A stretch of 64,000 nucleotides of DNA from an uncultured delta proteobacterium. Its GTDB lineage: Bacteria; Myxococcota_A; Polyangia; Polyangiales; Houyiibacteriaceae. Position 1 is the stretch's first letter. Each line of letters begins with the position of its first letter. The notes under the pieces were generated by a model, which was given only the letters and a program-made list of their open reading frames with translations, had not been told where the DNA came from and searched no databases. The translations under genes were made by a program, and so were the position numbers. The stretch lies in assembly GCA_963699755.1 (NCBI GenBank), contig CAVOVB010000001.1:1887989-1951988 (forward strand), given 5' to 3'. Shown here one piece after another: positions 9,876 to 20,885 of this stretch.

Positions 9876-10877
9876 GTGAACCGAGGTTTCGCGTTTGTCG
9901 TACTTCTGGCGGTCGTCCTCGTGGGGTTGCCAGGTAGCGTCCCGAGCAGTCGCGCCGAAGAGGCCGTCACCTTCCGTATTGCCTCCCTCGCGCCTGCCGG
10001 CTCGTCGTGGATGAAGGTCCTCAACGCCTGGAAGAAGACTCTCGAAAGCGAGACGGAAGGTCGGTTGAAGCTGCGTTTCTACCCGGGCGGCGCGCAAGGC
10101 GATGAGCGTGACTTCGTTCGAAAGATGCGCGTGGGGCAGCTCGACGGCGGCGTCGTCACGATGACCGGAATGAGCATGCTTGTGAGGCCAATGGTGATCT
10201 TGGTCCTGCCGAACTTCCTCGATACCTACGAGAAGCTGGACCGAGTGCGAACCAAGATGGCCGCGGACTTCGAGAAGCTCTTCGACGACGAAGGCTTCAT
10301 GATGTTGGCCTGGGGAGACGCGGGAAAGACGCGGCTCTTTTCACAAAAGGCGATCGAAAAGCCCTCGGACATCAAGTCGATGCGACCATGGATGTGGAAA
10401 GACGACCTGGTTTTCATCGAGTTCTACGACGTGATCGGAGCCAATGGCGTTCGACTGGGCGTAAACGAAGTGTACCCCGGGCTTCAGACCAAGATGGTCG
10501 ACGTGGTGACGTCTTCCGCGCTCACGGCGGTTGCACTTCAGTGGTACACGCGCGTCAAGTACATGACGGCTCACAACTCGGCGATCATCGCGGGTGGCAT
10601 GGTGATGCGTAAAGAGAAGGTCAACGCGCTTCCGGCCGACCTCAAGGCAACGTTCTTGCGGACCTGCGAGCGCGTTGAGGTCTTGCTCAGCAAGACGATT
10701 CGCCGCGACGACCAGAAGGCCTACGATGTCGTCCTCACCAAGGGGATCACTGCGACCGATACGAGCCAGTACAAGGCCGAGTGGGACGCAGCGGCCAAAA
10801 AAGTGCGGGACCGAATGACGGGGCGCGTCTTTCCAAAGAGCTTGCTTCAGGCGGTCGAAGCGGCCGCGGCCGAATAG
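9876..10877 (+). CDS. dctP: TRAP transporter substrate-binding protein DctP
   Basis: Signal peptide followed by FRIASLAPAGSSW and FYPGGAQGDERDFVRKMRVGQLDG; GTG start chosen. Confidence 0.85.
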   Translation: MNRGFAFVVLLAVVLVGLPGSVPSSRAEEAVTFRIASLAPAGSSWMKVLNAWKKTLESETEGRLKLRFYPGGAQGDERDFVRKMRVGQLDGGVVTMTGMSMLVRPMVILVLPNFLDTYEKLDRVRTKMAADFEKLFDDEGFMMLAWGDAGKTRLFSQKAIEKPSDIKSMRPWMWKDDLVFIEFYDVIGANGVRLGVNEVYPGLQTKMVDVVTSSALTAVALQWYTRVKYMTAHNSAIIAGGMVMRKEKVNALPADLKATFLRTCERVEVLLSKTIRRDDQKAYDVVLTKGITATDTSQYKAEWDAAAKKVRDRMTGRVFPKSLLQAVEAAAAE

Positions 10878-10887
10878 GTCGGCTGGC

Positions 10888-11634
10888 TCAACCGAGCGCC
10901 TCCAAATGCGCGTCGACCCTGCCTGCAATCGCGTCCCGCACTCGGTCCCGTAGGCTCGCGATGTCCTGCTCGGTGAGACCTTCGGTGGCAATCGGCTCTT
11001 CCACGCAAACGCTGATTTCGTTACCGGCGCGAATGACGAGCGAGCCCTTGTGAAGCACTTCGAAAAGGCCTGTCACCGCGACGGGCACGATGGGCACGCC
11101 GAGCTCGATCGCGATTCGAAACAGGCCGTCGTAAAAGGGGCCCACGTGACCGGTCTTGGTCCGGTGTCCCTCCGGAAAGCCGAGGATCGAATGCCCGGCA
11201 TCGACTTCGGCATGAACCGCCTCGCGGAGCGCGTCGAGTGCGCCTGCTCGATCCTTGGGAACAGGAATGGTTCCGCGCGCCTTCATGAACCAGCCGTAGA
11301 AGGGGTAGTCGAAGTGGCTCTCGAGCTCGATGCCTTGTTTGAAATGCGGTGTAGACGTGTACATCGCGACGTGATCGAGATGGCTGCTGTGATTCTGAAT
11401 GAAAATGTACGCGGTGCCGGGGTCGACGTCGGGATGCACGTCGTGGCGCTGCCGGTTGAACGTGAGTGCGAGTTGGAGCTTGCAGTAGAGGCGTTCGAGG
11501 GGCTGAACGCGGTCCGGCTTCACGAACTGGTAGAGGATCGTCAAAAATGACAGGCTCAGCACCAGGAAGCCGCCGGCGAAAACCCAGATGAACAGGCTGA
11601 CGATTCGATCCCGAGCTGTCGTGGTCTCCGTCAT
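10888..11634 (-). CDS. Lysophospholipid acyltransferase (PlsC family)
   Basis: NHSSHLD and FPEGHRT motifs. Confidence 0.9.
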   Translation of the reverse strand: MTETTTARDRIVSLFIWVFAGGFLVLSLSFLTILYQFVKPDRVQPLERLYCKLQLALTFNRQRHDVHPDVDPGTAYIFIQNHSSHLDHVAMYTSTPHFKQGIELESHFDYPFYGWFMKARGTIPVPKDRAGALDALREAVHAEVDAGHSILGFPEGHRTKTGHVGPFYDGLFRIAIELGVPIVPVAVTGLFEVLHKGSLVIRAGNEISVCVEEPIATEGLTEQDIASLRDRVRDAIAGRVDAHLEALG

Positions 11635-12524
11635 GCGATGAGCTGGATTGCCGAAGGAAGGACATCGATCGCAAGGGGCGTCAGGTGGTAGAGGTCGCCG
11701 TCGATCAGCACGGCTTGAAACGCGGGGTTCACGAATTCCACCCGGTCGACTTGCCGCGTCCAGACCTGATCGAGATCGGTGTGCGTTCCCGAAAAGATGC
11801 GGGCGAACGCGCTCACGAGGGCAGCTCTGCGGAGCGGCCCGGCCCGAACGACGTCGAGCAGGCCGTCGGCGACTCGAGCTTCCGGCGCCATCCGCATCGA
11901 ACCACCCGTGTACTGGCTGTTGGAGAACGAGCTGAGGACCGTGCGCGCCTCATCGGTCGCGCCCGCATAGCGAAGCGTGTTCTCTTCGTACCGGAGCCGC
12001 ACGACGCAAACCAGGACTGCAGCAACATACCCCGCTGCACCGAGAAATTTGAAGCGCTCGTTGGTGAGCTCGCCGGCGCGCGCGACGAAACCGGTCCCCA
12101 TCGTATTGATGAAATGCAGGACGCCGTCTTCGTGCGTCAGGCGGAGCACGTCGATGGGGGTGCTCTTGCCTCGAACGATCGCATCGGTGGCGACTTGAAG
12201 GTCGGCGATACCGAAGTCGCGCAAAAAGGAGTTGCCCGTTCCGAGCGGAAGCATGGCCAGCGCGCATTCGCCAGCAACGCCGGAGGCCATGAGTCCGTTG
12301 ACGACCTCGGCGGCAGTTCCATCACCGCCGACCGAAAGAAAACGCCGACAACCGTTACTGGCTGCGCGCCTTGCGAGCTCAGTCGCGTGCTTCGGCTCCT
12401 CGGTAAACGCGACCTTCAGCGACAGTCCGCGATGCTCCAATGCATCGAGGGCCTCCGGTGCGGCTTTTGCGCACCGTCCGCCAGCCGCCGTTCGGTTGAC
12501 GATTGCGTAGTAGGCGTCGCTCAC
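11631..12524 (-). CDS. Diacylglycerol/sphingosine kinase family lipid kinase (YegS-like)
   Basis: GGDGT, PLGTGNSF, YTGG and IDGD motifs. Confidence 0.9.
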   Translation of the reverse strand: MSDAYYAIVNRTAAGGRCAKAAPEALDALEHRGLSLKVAFTEEPKHATELARRAASNGCRRFLSVGGDGTAAEVVNGLMASGVAGECALAMLPLGTGNSFLRDFGIADLQVATDAIVRGKSTPIDVLRLTHEDGVLHFINTMGTGFVARAGELTNERFKFLGAAGYVAAVLVCVVRLRYEENTLRYAGATDEARTVLSSFSNSQYTGGSMRMAPEARVADGLLDVVRAGPLRRAALVSAFARIFSGTHTDLDQVWTRQVDRVEFVNPAFQAVLIDGDLYHLTPLAIDVLPSAIQLIA

Positions 12525-13667
12525 GGTGCGTCAGAGCTTGCTGCAGGTACCGGTTTCACGCGCAGGACTTTGCCATCACCGCTCCCGCCGTCGTTGGTAA
12601 TGTAGAGTGAGCCGTCCGGGCCCTGCCGGGGTGTGCGGAGGCGGCCTTGGTCATCGATGGCGCGTTCTTCGCCGGTCACCTCGCCCTCGGCGTCGACGAA
12701 GTAGATGTGCAGGTGCTCGGCCTTCAAAGTGGCTACCGCGAGGGCTCCAGCCCAGTTGCCCCAGGCACTGCCTTCGAGGAACGTCGCCCCCGCCAGCGCG
12801 AGGGTGGGCGAGCCGCTCGACCAGACCGCGGGCACCGCAGCTCGGGAACTTCTCCAGATCGGTCATCGGCACCGACTCGTTGTACCCTGGCACCGGATCC
12901 CAGCCGAAGTTGCCAGCGACGAGCCGATTGATTTCGTCGTCAATCGACGGACCGTGCTCAGCCGACATCCCGATTCCGTCGGATCGAAATGCCATCCCTT
13001 GGATGTTGCGATGCCCGTTCGAGTACCATCGAAACCCGCCAGCGTTGTCGGGCGCGGCTGCGCCTTCCCGATCGACGCGGAGCACTTTTCCGCCAAGGGA
13101 GTCGTCATCTTGCGGGTTCGTCCCAATTGCCGCATCGCCAGTGCCGATCCACAGAAAACCATCCGGCCCGAAGCGCGGCCGACATCCACTGTGCCGTCCC
13201 GTGCTGTAGGGCATCCCCGTCACGATGTCCTCGCGCGCAAGCACGGCGCCTCCGTCGGGGGTGCGCAATGTGAGCCGCAGCAATCGAACATCGTTGTCGC
13301 CGCCCGCGTTTGACGTGGTGCAAACGTAGACGTAGCCGTTGTTGGCGAAGTCCGGGTCGACCTCGAGCCCCATCATGCCGCCTTCGCCCCGCGGCACGAC
13401 GTCGTCTGGTGCCACGACGAAGGGCGCGGCGCCGACGCCATCGACGTAGACATGTAGACGGCCGGGCCGCTCGGTCACCAAGACAGTCCCGTTGGGAAGC
13501 CAGGCGATGTCCCAGGGCTTTTCGAGGCCGACGATGAAGTCGTCCACCTCCAAATCGATGTCGGTCGGCCCGCCGGGGCCGCTGCAGCCTCCGGCGCCGC
13601 AGCCATCACCGCCGCAGCTCGTGATCAGGAGGCATAGCGAGAGGAGGAACGACAGCGCAGGTTTCAT
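12521..13667 (-). CDS. PQQ-dependent sugar (glucose/sorbosone) dehydrogenase lipoprotein; frameshift near 12840
   Basis: Lipobox LITSC, PWDIAWLP, GEGGMMG, GHRNIQG and EHGP motifs. The C-terminus (GRLRTPRQGPDGSLYI) is in a second frame. Confidence 0.85.
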
Positions 13668-15594
13668 GGCGCGGTCACCTCGAAGGACGGGCTTTCTGCG
13701 TGGAACGTGCGGAGCTCGTCGCTGCCTTCCTGTTTCTCGCTCCCGTGAAAGATCACACGATGAGTGCCGGGTGTGGCGTCATCCGGAATCTGCCAGTGGA
13801 TGGTGACCGTAAACGCTTCGTTGATCGGCGGAGGAGGCTCCGCGAAAGGATCGAGCGGATCATAGGGCGGGATCGTGCGACTCGACTGGGTCCACGTGCC
13901 CTTCGTCGACCCATCGCTTTCGGTGGCGACCGTCGTCCATTCCGCTGTCTGCAAGCCGCTGGATCTCGAAGTGTCGGGAGCCTTGGCGGAATGCGTTGTC
14001 GGGGTGTCCTGTCCAAAACGAGACCGACATCGTCGCGCCGGCGCGTACGAGGCATCGGGTCGACTGGCAGATCTCCCCGAAGGCCGCGTCGGCGGGAGGT
14101 TCGTCGAAGTCGTTTCCCAAGGCATTGGACGCGACCAAGTTCCGCAGGTCTCCCGCGTCTAGCGAGCTTGCTCCAGGTGAGCCGTCGGCAAGCGCTTGGG
14201 CGAGGCGATCGACCTCTTGTTGAAACGCGGGCAGGGTCCACGGGCCGAACAGGGTGTGGCCGCCCTCGTATTGTTGAATGGCATACTCCTCCGGGGTCGT
14301 GATGTAACCGGCATAGTCGTTCGTGTACCCGGCGATCATGATGTACTTGGCCTCGGCGCCCAGCACGGCTCGGACCGTGTCGCGCAGCCTGCGCCCCGAC
14401 ATGGTGGTCGCCTCGCTCGGTACGAACACGATTGCGAGCTGCCCGAGTTTTGCGATCCCGACCGGGAGGGGATCTTGCTGCTCTTTCGGATACAGAATCG
14501 GTTTCGGCGCATGGCAGGCGCGGAGCTCATCGCCGATGGGAGGAGGCGAAACCACCAGCTCGACAAGAGCGTCAATCGAGGAATCGCGCTCGAGCATCCC
14601 CTCCATGAACAAGGGGTGGCCGCCGCCATCTTCGGTCGAGCCGCCCGCGAAGGCATAGCCGTACGCAGGAAAACAGGTCTTCTGCGGCCCGGCTCCGGTG
14701 AACGCGTCGTCAACTTCCAGCGCTGTGAAATCCACGGTATCAAGTCGATAGTCCAATCCGCCACGAAGCGGCTCCGATGCGGAACCGAGAAGCGCCATCG
14801 CGACGTCCAGCTGTCGCTCTCCGATGATGCGCGCGCTGTCGTAGTCGTCGACACCTGGGCCCGAATTGTCGAGGTTGAGATTGCGTGACATCTCCGCAGT
14901 TGCTCTGTGCGAAAGCCGCAACGAACTGCGGGGTCGTGTCGTTTCGCTCGAGCGCGTCGCTCCATTTCGAAGGACGCAGTCCCTTTGTGATCGGCCGAGA
15001 CCAGCAGGTTGTTGTACGTGAGCGACGTAGGGTGAACGGCGAACCAACTCAGCGCGCCGATGATCCCGTCTTCTCCCTCGAGCTTGAGAAGGGTCATCTC
15101 CTTGTCGGTGTCGTCGAGGTAGCGCGCGCGCTCCGCCTCTGGGTTTTGGGCGTAGGCGTTGGCCGAGCGATTGGCGCCAGCTGCTTCGACCTTCCGTTGA
15201 CCGAGCAGGATTCGCCCAGGTTGCAGGCTTTCGTGCGCCGACTCGATGGCGTCAGTGATTCCCTGCACGACCGCACGAAGTACGCTTGCGGAATGGATCT
15301 CTCGGAACGTATTGTTTGCTGGCGGCTCGACATCCGCGTGCGCATCGGACCCCCAACACCGGGCGCTTCCGTCCAGCAAGAGCCCGCAGCTGTGCTCTCC
15401 CCAAGCCGCCAACTGTGAGAACCGAGGGCCGACGGCTCCGCCCGCGCCTGCCGTCTCCGCCCGAACCGCTGCCACCGGCGCTCCCCCCAGCGCCGCCGCT
15501 GCCAGCTGGGCCATCCTCCGCCGAGCCGCCGCAACCGGTCGCCAACACAAACGTGAGCACCAGCAGCATCGATATTTTCGTGAGCGACGCGCAT
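13664..15594 (-). pseudogene. Neutral/alkaline ceramidase with N-terminal lipoprotein signal, Gly linker and one RCC1-like repeat; several frameshifts and apparent internal deletion
   Basis: Ceramidase motifs NRS, SWFAVHPTS, GYAFAGGSTEDG, EATTMSGRRLR and YEGGHTLFG. The N-terminal HTH-S region is absent and directly replaced by HSCGLLLDGSARCWG (RCC1-type). Confidence 0.75.
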
Positions 15595-15907
15595 AAATCC
15601 TCCCCTTGTGAAACAACGCAAGTCGCGTGCCATCGGTAAACGCTCCGTTTACATGGGAATGGGCCGCGCAGGGCCCGCAATTGCTGCGTCTGGATGCATC
15701 CGCTGACGCAGCGTCGCCCCGGCGTCTTGCCCGGCTCTTCACCTTCACGCTGGACGGTCTTCTTCTCCTCGCGGATGGAATCGGCCGTGCAACCGAGCCA
15801 ATAGATCCAAGGCGGGAGCGGAACATCGACTGCTGCTGAGCGTACGGGACGGGAACGCCCGGTATTCCTGGTCTAAGCCCGGTGAGTACGCTACCCCGCT
15901 ACCAGCC

Positions 15908-17053
15908 ATGACTGCAGCCATTCCCACTCGCATCGTGCCGAGCGTCGGGCCCGCCGATCGGACCCCTCGCCAAGTGGCCCAGGAATTCCACAAGCTTCTC
16001 GATTCAGGCGCGAAGCTACGTCCAGCAGGAGAAGCGAAAGACGACCCGAACGGGCTCCTGTCTTCTGGGTACACGCCCAAGTATGAGATCTCACTTTTCG
16101 ACACTCGGTTCTTTCTGACGAACGTTCGGCAGAATCCCGCACTGCGTTTCTTCGTGGCCTACGTCGTGCAGCGTCACCCGAGGACAGGCCGAGAGGAGAT
16201 CTTTCCCCGCATCTTCTACAAAGACTTGTCTCTGATCTGGCGCGCCGCCTCGCATGTGATCGCGACCGATGGTGATTTCTGGATCGGCAAAGGCGACGTC
16301 AAGGTACTGGCTCGCGGCGGTTATGAAATCACGGAGTGCGTCGAGTCGACCACAGATCTGCCTTTTGAGATGCAAACCGCGCTCGAAACGCTCAACCGCA
16401 GGACGCGACACGCGCTAAACGACGAGGAAGCGCTCTACCTTCTGCTCCGGAGCGCGCCGAGCTCGCGGACAAGGCCGTATCGAGATTTTGCCGAGCCACG
16501 ACGCAAGGCCGCGGCCAATCGCCGGAACCTCATCAACGGCGGCCGCAGCATCGCTCGGTTCACGCGGAAGAACGACCCAACCTCGCTCGAGATCGTCGCT
16601 GGCTTCGAGCCGGACTTCGCAAAAGGCATCTTGGAGATCAGCGAGCTGAGGAGTGCGATGTACGGCGGGAACCTTCAGAGGTTTCGCATCCTCTCGCGCA
16701 ACCGAAAGGTGCAGTACCTGTTTGTGGCAGCCCCCAAGCACGTGTGGATCATTCCCCCTCAGGCCACGACGACCGAGCTCTCGTCGTTCGGGGTTCGCAC
16801 CATCGATGTCGTTGCGGACGAAGACTTGTTCGTGCCGGGCTTCGAGTATCACTACTTCGACGAAGACGCCGATGCCTCGGAGCACTTCAGTCAAATCCCA
16901 GAGGGGTTTGCCGGGGAATTGTGTGAGCATGACAACGATCGCGCGGATGCGTCGGCCTGGCTCGACCCGATTCCCGTGATCCGGGAGTTTCGTCGCAAGG
17001 TGCTGGGATCGAATCGCAAAAGGGGGTTGTCGGTCAACGCCTTCCAAGGGTAG
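15908..17053 (+). CDS. Hypothetical protein
   Basis: 381-aa ORF with normal composition, placed between recognised genes; no family recognised. Confidence 0.7.
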   Translation: MTAAIPTRIVPSVGPADRTPRQVAQEFHKLLDSGAKLRPAGEAKDDPNGLLSSGYTPKYEISLFDTRFFLTNVRQNPALRFFVAYVVQRHPRTGREEIFPRIFYKDLSLIWRAASHVIATDGDFWIGKGDVKVLARGGYEITECVESTTDLPFEMQTALETLNRRTRHALNDEEALYLLLRSAPSSRTRPYRDFAEPRRKAAANRRNLINGGRSIARFTRKNDPTSLEIVAGFEPDFAKGILEISELRSAMYGGNLQRFRILSRNRKVQYLFVAAPKHVWIIPPQATTTELSSFGVRTIDVVADEDLFVPGFEYHYFDEDADASEHFSQIPEGFAGELCEHDNDRADASAWLDPIPVIREFRRKVLGSNRKRGLSVNAFQG

Positions 17054-17080
17054 AAGAGCTTGAGAGCCGCCCCCCTGCCG

Positions 17081-18524
17081 ATGTCGCACACCTTCTACGA
17101 ACGCCTTTCCGCTTTGGATGCCTCCTTCCTCGGTTTCGAGGAGCAGAACACGCGCTGGCACGAAGCAGCGGTCATGGTCTTCGACGCGGGCCCTCTACGA
17201 ACCGAGAACGGTGGGCTCGATTTCGAAAAAATCGTCCACAACTACGAGTGGTGTTTCGACCGGGTTCCCCGCTATCGCCAACGGCTCGTCAAGATTCCGC
17301 TCTTCGACCATCCGATTTGGGTCGACGACGAGAGCTTCAACGTGCGCTATCACGTTCGACAAATCGCGCTCGCCGCGACCCGCCGATGAGCGCGTCCTAA
17401 AACGCGTCTGTGGGTATTTGCTGGAGCTCCCGCTCGATATCGACAAGCCGCCTTGGGAAGTCTGGGTGGTCGACGGCCTCGAGAACGACAGGTTTGCGCT
17501 GGTCACGAAAGTCCATCACTGCATGGCCGACGGCATCTCGGGCGTGAGCATCATCCAGACTCTGCTGGGTCGCCGTCCCTTCGAGCGCGAGGGCCGGCCG
17601 AAGCCATGGAAACCCCGTCCCGCGCCGCAGCGCACGGAGCTCTTCGCAACCGAGCTCGTTCGCCGCATCCAAGCGCCGTTTGAGCTCCTCGCGCCGCTCA
17701 GGCGGCCGAGCGCCGCATTGCAGGAGGCGCGCGATGTCGTCCAAGGTCTCGTGGAGGCCTCGAAGCTGGGCTGGCGGGCTGCGACCAAGACGCCTTTCAA
17801 TCCCGACGGCGTTGGCCCGCATCGCCGTTTCGACTGGACCGAAGTCTCGATGCGCGAGATCAAAGAGGTGAGGTCCGGTCTCGGCGGGACGATCAACGAC
17901 GTGGTGTTGACCACGGCTGCGGGCTCGTTTGGACGGTACCTCCGCGAGCATGCGACCAGCACGGACGACATCGACTTCCGAACGCTGATTCCAGTCAACG
18001 TCCGGAAGGACACGGAGAAGGGCATCGGCAATCGGGTTGCGATGATCATGGCCCGGCTGCCGGTCGGTGAGCGCGATCCGGCGGCCCGCCTGGAGTGTGT
18101 CATTGAGACCACACAGGAGCTCAAGCACAGCAAGCAAGCACTCGGAGTGGCCTGGCTCGAGGGCCTTGCCGATCGAATCGGTGGCCGCTTCTTCGCCCAG
18201 CTCAGTCGCTCGGCCACTCGAAATCGACCGTTCAATGTCGTCGTCACCAACGTCCCTGGCCCGTCCATGCCGCTCTACTTCCTGGGCTCCGAGATGCAGG
18301 CAATCTATCCCATGATGCCGCTCTTTCCCAATCAGGCGCTCGCGCTCGCCGTGCTCAGCTACGCGGGCAAGGTTTTCTGGGGCTTCAACTCGGATTGGGA
18401 CGCGCTGCCAGACGTTCACAACATCGTTGAGGGCGTCGGCGAGCAATTTCGCGAGCTTCACACCGCCGCGCAGCTACGAGCCTGCAGCAGCCAGAAATCG
18501 ACCGCAATCCCCACCCGGAGTTGA
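17081..18524 (+). CDS. Wax ester synthase/diacylglycerol acyltransferase (WS/DGAT); frameshift near 17378
   Basis: ERLSALDASFL N-terminus, HHCMADG catalytic motif, GTINDVVL and FNVVVTNVPGP. Confidence 0.9.
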
Positions 18525-18525
18525 G

Positions 18526-19020
18526 ATGAGTGAATCAGGTACCGGTCTCCCGCTGAGCCTACGCAAGCAAGACATCTTTTTCGTCCTCTGCTTTTCGTTC
18601 TTTGCGTTTTCGTCGTTCTTCTCGGACTCCTGGCATGCGCTCGGACTGCTCGAAGGGGACGGATTCTGGCCTGCCGCAAACCGCTGGTACGGCGAACTCG
18701 CGCAGGACCATTTCTTCGAGGGCGATCACCAATTCGTCCGGGTCAACACCGGCATCTCCGGCATGATCTTCGGGCCGTTCTATCTCGTGCTCGTCTACGC
18801 GTTCATCAAGGGGAAGAACTGGATCCGGCCGATGGCGCTCGTCTACGTTGGCGCGATGTTGCACGGCTGCACCGAGTTCCTGATCTACGAATACTGGATA
18901 GGACCTCCCCCGGGCAAGCCGTTGATCTTTTGGGCGTTCAACGGGCCTTACTGGGTCGTTCCATTCCTGCTGGGCATTCGCATGTGGAAGCCCAATCCGT
19001 TCGGGGCTGCTTCAGCCTGA
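18526..19020 (+). CDS. EXPERA/emopamil-binding-protein-like 4-TM membrane protein
   Basis: Four TM segments with WY...D and C-terminal NGPYWVVP pattern typical of EXPERA domains. Confidence 0.65.
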   Translation: MSESGTGLPLSLRKQDIFFVLCFSFFAFSSFFSDSWHALGLLEGDGFWPAANRWYGELAQDHFFEGDHQFVRVNTGISGMIFGPFYLVLVYAFIKGKNWIRPMALVYVGAMLHGCTEFLIYEYWIGPPPGKPLIFWAFNGPYWVVPFLLGIRMWKPNPFGAASA

Positions 19021-19044
19021 CGGTCGTTCGCTTGGCGTGGGCGC

Positions 19045-20784
19045 TCAGGCGCAACGGGCGCTGCTGCTACTCTGCTGCGGGCGCTTCGCTTTCGCGCTTG
19101 GTTTCACCTTGGCGCGTGGATCCCATCGCCGGAATTGCGCGCGAGGGTTTCGCTTGTCCGGCCGGGCCACCGCTCGCTCGAAACGCTGCGCCTCGCTGGC
19201 CGAGATGTCTACGGTCGAGCTCTTCGGGGAGACCCGAATCGCGCCCACGACTTCGCTCGACACGTCGCCTCGCCGGCAGACCATCGCTAGGAGCTTTCTC
19301 GTGTCAGCGCCCGCCTGTCCGCCCCAGCTGACTTGATAGGTGATGAAATCGCCTTGTGGTCGCTGCCGCGATTGCCCCTTCGGACCCACCTTGCGAGGGC
19401 TGCGCTCGTGGCGTGCGGGCTTGGCATCGTCTCGGACGCGCTTTGGGGTTCCTTGGCTGCGCTCCGTTTCTCGTTTCAGGAGGCAGGCCACGAGCTCCGC
19501 GGGCGAATGCTCGGCGAGCAGGCGTTCGGCTAGATCCTTCGCCCGGCCGTCCGGCTCATTGGACTGATTCGCGAGGTCGCGAAGAAAGCTTTCGCCAGTG
19601 CGCTCGTCGGCGGCCGCGAAAATCTCCTCTGGTGTCGGAATGGGGACCAGACGCGCATCCACGCGCGCGGCCCGCAGCGTGCTCTGGACTCGGCGCTCGG
19701 CGTGCGCGGCCGCAAACAGCACGTTGGTGCCGCGCCGTCCGGCTCGCCCGGTGCGTCCGCTCCGGTGGGTGAATACGTCGGCGTTGTCGGGGAGGTCGAC
19801 TTGAATCACCCGGCCGATGTCTTGCACGTCGAGGCCGCGCGCCGCGACGTCTGTGGCGACGAGGTAACGAACGGCGCCGTTTCGAAACTGAGTGAATGTC
19901 GCGGTTCGCTCGCGCTGGGTCATTTCGCCATTGAGCGCACGCGCCGCGAGGCCGGCCGCGCAAAGCTCATCGGCAAGTCGAACCGTTTCCGTTCGGGTTC
20001 GCACGAAGAGAAGGGTCTTGTCATCCGGGTAGCGGAGCAAGACGTTGATCGCCGCATGGAATCGATCAGCTTGGCGGACGTGCATCACGAGGTGCTCGAT
20101 GTCGGCGTTCGCCTTGCCGAGCGCCGTACCTTGTACCGAGACGGCGTCTTGCTGGAGCCGGTCCGCGAGTCTCACCACTTCGCGTGGAAACGTCGCCGAC
20201 ACCAGGTGGGTGCGACGGGCCTCGGGCGCGAAGCCGAGGATGCCGTCGAGCTCCTCCTCGAAGTTCATATCGAGCATCTCATCGGCTTCGTCGAGCGCGA
20301 TGGTCTTGAGCTGATCGAGCTTCAGGGCGCCGGCCTTCAGATGATCGAGAAGACGACCAGGAGTGCCAATGACGACCTGGGGAAGGGTGGACAGCTGATA
20401 TCGCTCCTGCATCACGCTGGTGCCACCGGTCACCACGAGGACACGGGCCCCGAGCGGTTCGTAGAGCCAGCGAAGCTCACGCCCGAGCTGGCCCGCGAGC
20501 TCGCGAGTCGGGGCGACGAGCAGAGTCACCGGGGCGGCCGCAATGGACTTGCGGGACTTCTTCGGCTTGGCCGTGGCAGCGGCGATCGCGACGGAGGGCG
20601 CCAGGAGCAGCCCCAGGGCCACCGTTTTTCCGGATCCCGTTTGGGAGGAAATTCGCAAATCGCGACCCTCCAACCCGGGGTCCAAAATGGCCTGCTGTAT
20701 GGCGGTGAAGCTCTCAAAACCGGCGTTGCGCAAGGCGGCGCCGAGGCCCGCGGGGGCCTGCTCTAGGGAAAGTAACTCAGACAT
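19045..20784 (-). CDS. DEAD-box RNA helicase with DbpA-type RNA-binding C-terminus
   Basis: QTGSGKT, PTRELA, TPGR, DEAD, SAT, ARGLD and HRSGRTGRAG motifs. Confidence 0.95.
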   Translation of the reverse strand: MSELLSLEQAPAGLGAALRNAGFESFTAIQQAILDPGLEGRDLRISSQTGSGKTVALGLLLAPSVAIAAATAKPKKSRKSIAAAPVTLLVAPTRELAGQLGRELRWLYEPLGARVLVVTGGTSVMQERYQLSTLPQVVIGTPGRLLDHLKAGALKLDQLKTIALDEADEMLDMNFEEELDGILGFAPEARRTHLVSATFPREVVRLADRLQQDAVSVQGTALGKANADIEHLVMHVRQADRFHAAINVLLRYPDDKTLLFVRTRTETVRLADELCAAGLAARALNGEMTQRERTATFTQFRNGAVRYLVATDVAARGLDVQDIGRVIQVDLPDNADVFTHRSGRTGRAGRRGTNVLFAAAHAERRVQSTLRAARVDARLVPIPTPEEIFAAADERTGESFLRDLANQSNEPDGRAKDLAERLLAEHSPAELVACLLKRETERSQGTPKRVRDDAKPARHERSPRKVGPKGQSRQRPQGDFITYQVSWGGQAGADTRKLLAMVCRRGDVSSEVVGAIRVSPKSSTVDISASEAQRFERAVARPDKRNPRAQFRRWDPRAKVKPSAKAKRPQQSSSSARCA

Positions 20785-20885
20785 GAAGCGGCTTTTGTAG
20801 CACAGACTCCCCAAAGCACACGGCGAGGCCGCAGGGGCGCTGCTAGCGCGAGAAGCCACCGAGTTTTTCTTAGCCAATCTGGACG

